Below are positions 34,636-42,802 of a stretch of 64,000 nucleotides of DNA, in pieces. Made by a program: the position numbers and the translations under genes. The notes beneath the pieces were generated by a model. The model did no database searches. It was not told the origin of the DNA and saw only the letters and a list, made by a program, of their open reading frames with translations. Source of the DNA: a virus; the IMG/VR virus record IMGVR_UViG_3300005253_000361, positions 1-64,000 of that record; one strand, given 5' to 3'. Every line of letters starts with the position of its first letter. The first letter of the stretch is position 1.

Positions 34636-36045
34636 CTATCGGTCCAGCTGGAGACCGGTGTTGTCAGTCGCGATCTCGACGTTGTGGACGAACATCGCGG
34701 CCTGACCACGTTCCTGGCTCCACAGGTAGGCCTCCGCACCCCGGTAGCTCTTGTAGCCCATCCCGTTTGCCCAGGCCGAAGGTGCCGACAGGGTCGGCAT
34801 GATCCGGGTCACGACTCCGTAGGCGTCGTCATACAGGACGTGGGTGGTGCCCTTCCGGTGGTGCTTATCACCGATGTGGAACTCGCAGTATCGAGCCTGG
34901 GCCCATAGCTGCCGGGCCTCGGTCGCCATGATCTCCCCGTAGTGCTTCTGGTTCACAGCACTTTCCCGGCCGTGCGTGAACCCCAAGAGGGTGTTGCCGT
35001 ACAGGAGGTACTTACGAGGGCTGGCCGAATTGTCCACCTGGACGTCCTCGACCCGGTCGTACGCGACCTCCAGGACCTCGCCGAGAGCGAAGCTCAGAAG
35101 CGGGTCGTGGTTGCCCGGGATCACTTTGACGATCACGGGAGCAATAGCACGGCACCGGTCAATGGCCCACCGGTTGAGCCGCTGCCCCTCCCGAAACATC
35201 TTCTGGTGCCGGGTGTCCATGTCCTGGGGGGTGCCGTCGGCCGTGGTGCCGTGGATGTTGTCTGAGTTGAAGAAGTCGTTGCCGGCGACCCAGAGGATCT
35301 GGTCCACGTCGAACCTGGAAGCCTTGGCCAGCAGGTCCTCGACCGCCTCCCGGAACATGCGGCGCTGGATCGTGAGGTCCCAGTCCGCGCCAGTCTCTTC
35401 CGCCCACGCGAGGCTGCAGAGGTGGAAGTCCGCCAGGTGCATCTCCAGCAGGTGGGGTTCGTCATACTGCTGCACCGCCGACTGGCGCTGGAACCATTCG
35501 GTGTCCCGAGTCGCCAGATCAGCCAGGATGTCAGCCTTAGCCTGATCGGCGAAGACCTGCACTCGCTCGATGGGGCGCTTGAGCCCGAACTTGGCATAGA
35601 CCTGCCAGTTGTCCGCCGGCACGAGCTCATCGCCGATCTTGGCCGTGACGGTCCAGACGTTCTCCTTGAAGTCCGTGATCTGGTAGGTCTCGAGATCATG
35701 AGCACAGCCGCGGTCGCGGGCATGCGCCAGGAGCTCCTCAATGTTTGTGATGTTGGCACTTCGGCTGGTCAGCACGACCGACCCGTCCGGAGCTACGGTT
35801 CGCTCAAGCTTTGGACCCTTGTTGATACTCTCCCGGATACCGTCCGACAGTAGAGGGCCGACGGTCTCGTCCCGAATGAGATCGATCAACTTGAGCCGCA
35901 CCGCCTTGGGGGTGCGCTCGGGGTTGCGGAAGATTGGTGCGAGCTCCTCTGCTGCAGCAACGAGCGACTCAGCGTCCCGAACGGTCTCCCATTCACGCTT
36001 GATCTGGTCGAGCTGCCCAGAGGATTCCCAGGACTTCATTCCCAT
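34636..36045 (-). CDS. metallophosphoesterase / nuclease-like protein
   Basis: ADFHL, GNDFFNSD, PGNHD, FTHG, GDKHH. Confidence 0.8.
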   Translation of the reverse strand: MGMKSWESSGQLDQIKREWETVRDAESLVAAAEELAPIFRNPERTPKAVRLKLIDLIRDETVGPLLSDGIRESINKGPKLERTVAPDGSVVLTSRSANITNIEELLAHARDRGCAHDLETYQITDFKENVWTVTAKIGDELVPADNWQVYAKFGLKRPIERVQVFADQAKADILADLATRDTEWFQRQSAVQQYDEPHLLEMHLADFHLCSLAWAEETGADWDLTIQRRMFREAVEDLLAKASRFDVDQILWVAGNDFFNSDNIHGTTADGTPQDMDTRHQKMFREGQRLNRWAIDRCRAIAPVIVKVIPGNHDPLLSFALGEVLEVAYDRVEDVQVDNSASPRKYLLYGNTLLGFTHGRESAVNQKHYGEIMATEARQLWAQARYCEFHIGDKHHRKGTTHVLYDDAYGVVTRIMPTLSAPSAWANGMGYKSYRGAEAYLWSQERGQAAMFVHNVEIATDNTGLQLDR

Positions 36046-36112
36046 GATGAGCTCCTTCCCCTCAGTCGTTATGGTGAGGGCGCCGGCCGTTCCCCAGCCG
36101 GCACCCCCGGGA

Positions 36113-36289
36113 TTACGCTTCCTGCTTTGCGTTCGCGGTGATGCGAGTCACCACGTCAGCGATCGCGATGATGTCGTTGACGTCACCGTCGTCGATCTTT
36201 CGCGACAGGTACTCGAAGATCTTCTCGAGCAATACCGGGATCAGGTCCTCCAGAACCTCTGCGAGGACCCGAGCGAGATACTTCTTCAC
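36113..36289 (-). CDS. small lysis-region protein (58 aa)
   Basis: GTG start with AAGGAGG SD; MKKYLARVLAEVLEDLIPVLLEKIFEYL...; below the ORF-track length cutoff. Confidence 0.5.
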   Translation of the reverse strand: MKKYLARVLAEVLEDLIPVLLEKIFEYLSRKIDDGDVNDIIAIADVVTRITANAKQEA

Positions 36290-36831
36290 GGGGTACCACC
36301 TCCTTGAGACGGGCCCAGGCCCGCGGTACTGAACTGGATAGCCAGGTCTATCGAGACCTCGACCCAGTCAATGTAGAAAAGCTTCCTCGGGGGGCCTTCT
36401 TCCCAAGGGCAGGTGTCGACGTGGAGCCGGTTCTCCCGGCTGTAGAGGCAGAGGCGGTCCCACACGAGATCTTCCGGATTGCGGGCGATCGTGCGGAGCA
36501 TGATCTGAGCCGGGATGTCGTGCACGTAGAAGTCGGCCGCGAGTCCCAGTAGGTGGCGCCGCATCCGGGAGACCTTCCCGTCCGTCACCACCCGGTCCAG
36601 CGCCTCGGACCGGAGCCAACTGTTCATGATGAACCGATGGTCTAAGCGGTTTCGGGCCGGCTGTAGGAACTCATGCGTGAGCCGCATGAAGTTCACGGTC
36701 TGCTGCCCGGTCAGTTGGTCAGGGGTGGTCTGGAGCTCGGGATGCTCCCTCGATCGCAACACTTCCGCGAGCGTGAAGTCGCGCGCGATCCGGATCTGGG
36801 CCGGGTCAGGCGTCGGCACCGGCAGCCTCAT
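36286..36831 (-). CDS. endolysin, peptidase M15 family
   Basis: DFTLAEVLRS, INSxxR-like MNSWLRS, RHLLGLAADF, LHVD. Confidence 0.75.
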   Translation of the reverse strand: MRLPVPTPDPAQIRIARDFTLAEVLRSREHPELQTTPDQLTGQQTVNFMRLTHEFLQPARNRLDHRFIMNSWLRSEALDRVVTDGKVSRMRRHLLGLAADFYVHDIPAQIMLRTIARNPEDLVWDRLCLYSRENRLHVDTCPWEEGPPRKLFYIDWVEVSIDLAIQFSTAGLGPSQGGGTP

Positions 36832-37117
36832 CCGGCTCGGGGGCGTCTCCCTCGGGGGCCTCCGGCACGACCTCGACCAACTTAGTGAGATCGAGTCCCT
36901 GCATCGTCTGGCGGAACTGAACCGGGGTGTCGGGGTTGATCCCGATGTCTTCCTTGATGTCCTCGATAATCTGCAGGTGGCGCGACTGGTTCTCGCGCAT
37001 GATGGCCGCCATCGCGGCCCGCTGGATCTTGCTGGTCTTCCAGCTCTGTGACTTCTTGGTGGTGGGCTTCTTCGCGGGCTTCTTCGGTGCGCGTGGCATT
37101 GCTCCCCCTCCTGTTGG

Positions 37118-37381
37118 TTACAGCCGGTCGAGTAGCCGTTCCAGCACTCGACGCGTGTCCTTCTGGACAAGACTGGATTCCTGAATCACTTCGGAGTTGC
37201 GGTGGACCGCAGACTCCAGATGTTGTATGTGGTTACCCATCAGGGTCGCCAACGTGACGTTCTGCTCCTTCTGGTCCACGCTGTGCCGGCTGGCCAACCT
37301 GTACATCAGGTACCCGAACCCAAGCGACACCGCCACAATCGGCGGTGCGTACTTGACAAGTTCGAGCAGGTAGGTTTCCAC
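37118..37381 (-). CDS. putative holin / membrane protein
   Basis: One N-terminal TM segment plus coiled coil, upstream of the endolysin. Confidence 0.5.
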   Translation of the reverse strand: METYLLELVKYAPPIVAVSLGFGYLMYRLASRHSVDQKEQNVTLATLMGNHIQHLESAVHRNSEVIQESSLVQKDTRRVLERLLDRL

Positions 37382-37410
37382 GGAGCGTTGTCCTCAGTCG
37401 GTAGGGTTGG

Positions 37411-38280
37411 TTAACCTACAGTCAAACCTATACCGGTGAGCCAGGCGGAATCCATCAAACTCTCACGGATCCGATAGGTCTCCTGGCCCACCAGATCGTG
37501 GAAGATTTCCGGTACCGCGGAGGATATATCCCACGGTCCTGGATCAGCCTCTACGCGCCCCCCCGCGGGGGTGTAGACCCGGATCCCCCGGTCCCACACT
37601 TCTTGCGCACGCCGGTACGCCGCCGCCCGAACCTCGTGCCCGACAGCGTAGAACTCAGCATGCTGGCGGGCCCGCACGACATCGCCGGCCGGGAAGCAGT
37701 TATGGAGATGCTGCAGCTGGATCGAGCACCTACATTCGGGAGGTAAGTTGTGAGAGGTGAATCCGGTACGCTGCGGGTCCTTACCCCGGCGGTGGAAACA
37801 GTCGCCGCCATCCCGACTCTGTAGGTCGGGGAAGTAGCGGAAGCACCGGACCGTCTGATAGACATAAGCCTCGGGGTTGTGTTTCCAGCATGAGGTCGTG
37901 ATGAGCGGTTGCCGAAGGGAGTTGAAACCGGCGGCGTCCGCCCACCGGAGGCCCGTGAGGAACCGATCGTGGTCCCGCGGGTGCAGGTAACCGTCGGCCC
38001 CCATGGAGAGTACCCAGCCGTCATCGACCAGGTGGAGGGCCCGCTCCCAGGGTTCATCCAGCCCCTGCCAGTGCGTACCCTCGTGATGGGGAAATTCAGT
38101 GACCTCGATCCGGGGGAATGCGTCGGCGAGCTCACGGCAGGCCTCGAGCGTCCCGTCGGTGGAGCCGCCGTCGTTGATGATCAGGCGATCCACCAGCGGA
38201 AGCATGAGCACGACGCACTCAACCCACGGGAACATCGCCTCGGTGGTGTTGCGGATGTTGAACAGGCCAGTTATTTTCAT
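37411..38280 (-). CDS. glycosyltransferase family 2
   Basis: IINDGGSTDGT motif. Confidence 0.8.
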   Translation of the reverse strand: MKITGLFNIRNTTEAMFPWVECVVLMLPLVDRLIINDGGSTDGTLEACRELADAFPRIEVTEFPHHEGTHWQGLDEPWERALHLVDDGWVLSMGADGYLHPRDHDRFLTGLRWADAAGFNSLRQPLITTSCWKHNPEAYVYQTVRCFRYFPDLQSRDGGDCFHRRGKDPQRTGFTSHNLPPECRCSIQLQHLHNCFPAGDVVRARQHAEFYAVGHEVRAAAYRRAQEVWDRGIRVYTPAGGRVEADPGPWDISSAVPEIFHDLVGQETYRIRESLMDSAWLTGIGLTVG

Positions 38281-39478
38281 GTCAGCCAGGCGTGGTTCGG
38301 CTGGGACCGCACCCTCCGGAGTCCCCCTTCGAGCTCCTCTACTCGGAGCTCCAGAGCCGCAAAGCGCTTCTCCCACGCTTGCGCCTCAGGCGAACGCAAT
38401 CCGGAGGCCGTCCCGTCACAGTGCCCGCAGCTGGACCCGGAAGTGGGGTCCACTCCATGGGGGCAGCTCACGGGCAGGGGAGTCGTGCGGGTGATCCACT
38501 CCTTCTCCCGCCAGGGCTTGCCACCGTTCGGGTGGTAATCCCCGCAGAAGTCACAGGCGAAACCCAAGCCATAGTCCACCTGGTAATAGAGGCCTTGTCC
38601 GCAGTCATCACACCGTCCTAGATGGCTCATGCTGGGTTCCTCGGTAGCGAGATCACCTCCTCATCCCCGCCGGGTGACCAAGCTGCGTAGACGTAGTAGA
38701 GCGACCAAGCGGCAAAGTAAAAGTCGCAGGGTTTGGACCCTGGGTGCCGCTCCAGCTCGACAACGTCCACAAGGGCCTCTCCATTACACTCCATCTCCTC
38801 AGCGAGCAGCTTGTTCCAGCTGGTGGTACGGCCGTAGCCGGCGTTCATCTCCCGGTCCATGTCGGGGTCGCTCATGCCGCATCCTTAGTCGTAATATCCT
38901 CGGCCCGGATGACGAATTCCAGGCCGCTCAACTCCTGCGTCGCCGGCACCTTGACCCGCACCAGACCTTTCCCCTGGCGGTTGAATACATTGACCACCTC
39001 GACTTTCACGGTTCCGACCTGCCCCACCTCGAGCCCCGGGGTTTCTCGGGCCTGCACGAGAGCCCGCCACTCGATCATCTCATCGTACGAAAGGGAATCA
39101 GCGCCCGACTGACTCCAGAAGAACGCACGCCCCAAGTGGCACTCCCGCAGCAGAGCCTCCCTAGAAACCTCGGAGTCAATCTGAACCTCTGCGTCCCGGT
39201 CGAGCATCAAGCGATACATGCCGCCCGGTATACTGGTATGGATCGGAACGTCCACCACGGCGCAGCCTTCGAAATTACGTGGGCAATGCACAACTGCAGG
39301 AATCCGTACTGTCGTACCGACCTTGAGCTCGCTCATGCCGCATCCTCCTTCTGCGCCTCGGCCAGGAGGGCATCCGCGATATCAAGCGCCTTCTTGGCCG
39401 CCACCTCGACCGCCACATAAGTTTCAGCCGGGTTAGCGGCGAGCCCCGCCATCACGAAAACTGCAATCTCGAGACGGT

Positions 39479-39796
39479 TCATCGGCCGGGGTCCACGCTG
39501 CGCCCGGGATCCACCTGATCCATCGGGCCACCCGTGACCGACGCCGACTTGGTCGGGATCGCGTCGGCCGTCAGATCGGGAGCCTCGACAACCTCATAGT
39601 TCTTCACCCGGTCGGTGTCGAACCATTCTTGGGAGGCCGTGACGGCACCCGTATCCCTGCTTACCACACCGCACTCCAGCATCACGCGAGCGCACCCGTG
39701 CAGCCAGTACGTGATCGCCAGCGCGATCCCCTGGAAGCCCGTGACGGGGTCCCGGTAGGTCTTGCCAAGCGTGATTCCTGTGTTGGGCATACTCAT
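39479..39796 (-). CDS. conserved phage protein
   Basis: RDPVTGFQGIA...YWLHGC motif. Confidence 0.55.
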   Translation of the reverse strand: MSMPNTGITLGKTYRDPVTGFQGIALAITYWLHGCARVMLECGVVSRDTGAVTASQEWFDTDRVKNYEVVEAPDLTADAIPTKSASVTGGPMDQVDPGRSVDPGR

Positions 39797-39854
39797 GATT
39801 TCCACTTCCTTTTGGTTGTAGTCGCCCTGACTCACCCTGGAGCCGAGTACGAAC

Positions 39855-41009
39855 TTATGCTGTCGGTTGTTGGCGAATTGCGTCTTCTGGAGATTGAGCC
39901 CGAGCCAAGTGCTGCTGGATCGCCGCCATGGAGGTCCCGTTACCCTCAACTACACCGGCATACTCGTCAGCCTCACGCGCGGCCACAGGAAAGAACCGCA
40001 GAAACAGATCCCTCACCTGCTCGGGGCCCGGGCCTTCAATCTCCCAACGCTGATCTATGCGTCCGGCACGCACCAGCGGCGCCGGTAGAAGGTCTGCATC
40101 GTTGGCGGTGATAACCAGTAGCCGCCCCTCGGACGCGAGCGGCCCATCTATCGTGTTGAGCAGCCCTGCCAGCGTGACGCTCGTGTCGGTGCCGAAGTCG
40201 ATCTTCTCGATGTCCTCCAGCACCACCAGTGATCGCCCCGGCAACTGCGCCATGGCGCGAGCCAACGTGGCGTCATTGAAGTCATCCCCCTGCGACAGCG
40301 TGAGCACATACAGGGGCATTTGGTAGTGGCCGGCGATCGCCTGGACGAGCGAAGACTTGCCGTTTCCAGGGGGCCCCACGAGCAGGTATCCACGCCGATA
40401 CGGCAAACCCCGTTCCACGTGCCACGATCGAGCGTTCCGGAACCAATCAACATCATCGACGATCTCGTCCATCAGACCGGGGCGCAGCACTACCGATTCG
40501 AGTGGTCGCGGTTCGCCGACACGGATCTGTGACCATCCACCGTTCTGGTTATTGATGTACGCGACCTGCTTGCCGCGGCGGCGCAACATTGCCGCATCGA
40601 CCACGTCGTGCACGAGGGCTCGAATCGGGGACGGATCACGTCCCAGCGCTCGCAGGGTGATGGTCCGAGCCTTGGCGCCGGCATAGCCAACCTCTTCGAG
40701 AGTCTGGTGAAGAAGACACCAACGATTCTCGTAACGGAACACGTGCACGCCAAGGCCGGGCTCGAGCACCGCACGCGGCTCGTCTCGTTCGCCCTCGTAA
40801 GCCACGAACCCCGACAGCCTCCGGCAGCTACGGCCGTAGCTGGTCTCGGCGAGCCACTCGCCCATCCAACGCACGAACTCGGTGTCCATCGTGTAGAAGG
40901 ACGCGGTAAAGAATCTATCGAACACGTAGCGGGGCAGGTAGCGCACCGCAGCGGCTGCGGCACCGAGCGCCATGAGGTACAGACCGCCCTCGAAGAACTG
41001 GTTCTCCAT
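39855..41009 (-). CDS. BCS1-like AAA+ ATPase with N-terminal TM segment
   Basis: GLPYRRGYLLVGPPGNGKSS, LEDIE, AGLLNTIDG, RAGRID; LEPGLGVH resembles BCS1_N. Confidence 0.85.
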   Translation of the reverse strand: MENQFFEGGLYLMALGAAAAAVRYLPRYVFDRFFTASFYTMDTEFVRWMGEWLAETSYGRSCRRLSGFVAYEGERDEPRAVLEPGLGVHVFRYENRWCLLHQTLEEVGYAGAKARTITLRALGRDPSPIRALVHDVVDAAMLRRRGKQVAYINNQNGGWSQIRVGEPRPLESVVLRPGLMDEIVDDVDWFRNARSWHVERGLPYRRGYLLVGPPGNGKSSLVQAIAGHYQMPLYVLTLSQGDDFNDATLARAMAQLPGRSLVVLEDIEKIDFGTDTSVTLAGLLNTIDGPLASEGRLLVITANDADLLPAPLVRAGRIDQRWEIEGPGPEQVRDLFLRFFPVAAREADEYAGVVEGNGTSMAAIQQHLARAQSPEDAIRQQPTA

Positions 41010-41980
41010 TACGCCGTCTCTTTCTTCTTCTCGAACATCTTCGTGTAGTCCATCATGGGCCAGAACTGTCCCGCTACTCGGCCCGGGATCTTGTCGTAGG
41101 TGAATGGGAGCAGCCAGGGGTCCGGCTCGACGTGCACGATGTAACGGTGCTGGGTCTCGACGGAGCCGGCGTGCACGGTGAAGGCAGGCGTCACCACCTT
41201 GGCCCACCCGTGGCAGACATCCCACGCCATCGGGAGACTCAGCAGCTGGATCGTCGCCTTGCCGCCTCCGGGAGTGATCTCCTCCATGATCCGGATCCAT
41301 TCCTCGGCCCGGTTGATCGTGGCGCCACACTGGAGTTGACAGGTCAGGTGGAACATCACCCGGGCGCTCGCGTACCGGAGCATGTTGTTCGTGGCCGGAT
41401 GGGCCTTCACCTGCAGTACCTCTACAGGACGCTCCGGGGGATTCGCAATACTGTAGGGGCCGCCCACGTAGGGCAGCTCCAGCGCGCCAGGGGTGTTCTG
41501 GGCCGACTGCCAGATGGGGTCGCAGTACTCCGGCCAGTGCTGGTCAAAAAATCCGACACAACAAGGCGGGAAACCCAATAGATCTCCAATGGCGTTGTGG
41601 TTGGACTCCTCATGGGCTGCCTCGAAGGCATCGAGATTTGCATCATCGGGCGACACCACGGTGAACCAGGAGAAGTTCGGGTCACCCTCACGGAGCGGTG
41701 CGTGCCGGCGGTGGCTGAACCCATCGCTGGGGCCGACCGTAGTGAGCCGGCGCCACTTGAGTCCGTACCGCGCGAGTTTCTCGTACATCCTGTCACCGCC
41801 CACGTTCGGGATGTGGCAGGTACCGCAGGCACGAACACCATCGGCGGCCGTCTTGAGCTCCGCTTCCCAGCAGACACTGGAGGCCAGCTTGAAGGCCGGA
41901 CCCCAGTAGTCGCGCGCCTCGGAGGAGTGGTAGGTGATGCGGGTGAAGCTCGGGGCTTCGAAGTTCGGTAGGAGCTTCAT
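41009..41980 (-). CDS. hypothetical protein with GxLLGFPxCC motif (DUF483-like)
   Basis: IGDLLGFPPCCVGFF, HLTCQLQC. Confidence 0.55.
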   Translation of the reverse strand: MKLLPNFEAPSFTRITYHSSEARDYWGPAFKLASSVCWEAELKTAADGVRACGTCHIPNVGGDRMYEKLARYGLKWRRLTTVGPSDGFSHRRHAPLREGDPNFSWFTVVSPDDANLDAFEAAHEESNHNAIGDLLGFPPCCVGFFDQHWPEYCDPIWQSAQNTPGALELPYVGGPYSIANPPERPVEVLQVKAHPATNNMLRYASARVMFHLTCQLQCGATINRAEEWIRIMEEITPGGGKATIQLLSLPMAWDVCHGWAKVVTPAFTVHAGSVETQHRYIVHVEPDPWLLPFTYDKIPGRVAGQFWPMMDYTKMFEKKKETA

Positions 41981-42312
41981 CGGAGCCTCGCCAACCACAC
42001 AACCTTGCACGCGATGTGTAGGAACTGGTCTTCGTGAACGTTGATCCGGTTCTCGCACTTGGCGAAGTCGATCAGCCAATGCACCACCGTCTCAGCCGCA
42101 CCGAGATAAACGTTGCTGGTGATCGCCCACACGACACCGCCGTGAATGAGAGCGTGAGAGGATAGCCAGTAGGGCCAGCAAAGCGTGCAGGTTGCCCCCG
42201 GCGGTGTCGTGGTTCTGTTGTGTCGGTTCTTGCCCTTCGCCATCGCGTCGGACTGTAGGACGAAGTCCGCCAGGGCGTGCCCGATCAGTAGCGCGAAGAA
42301 TGTCTCGATCAT
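41977..42312 (-). CDS. DUF3307 membrane protein
   Basis: GHALADFVLQ, HALIHG, HWLIDFAK, DQFLH. Confidence 0.8.
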   Translation of the reverse strand: MIETFFALLIGHALADFVLQSDAMAKGKNRHNRTTTPPGATCTLCWPYWLSSHALIHGGVVWAITSNVYLGAAETVVHWLIDFAKCENRINVHEDQFLHIACKVVWLARLR

Positions 42313-42802
42313 TCGCCTAAACCTCCAGAGTCTCGGTCCAGTCCGACGGCAGCCGGGGCAACAGCTCATCCCTCAGCTCCCTATAGCTTTCCAGCGCGAC
42401 CGAATAGAGCCACTCCCGGCCGACAGGATCTCCGTAGGTCATCACAAGAGGCGATCCGTCTGCGCAGAAGGTGTTCTGGATGATCTTTTGCTGCAGGTAC
42501 ACCACCTGACCCAGCAGACGGATCGTTTGGTCTCGGTCGCGCAGGTCCATCTCAGCCTCCATCACACTGTCGATGGGGGTTGGTCCTGATTCTTGCCAAT
42601 CTTCTCGAGTTAGGATCATTGCTTGCTCTCCGGGTGAGGTAGAACAACCACCTCTTTGTAGACGATGTACTCGGGTAAGCCGGTCCAGCCGCAGGGCCAA
42701 CAGATCACGTCACCGCTGAACTGGATGTCGCTGCTGTTCAGATGGTCGAAGGTCTCCTCGTACACCTCGGTGCTGTCGCACTCCGGACAGTGGTACTTGC
42801 CG

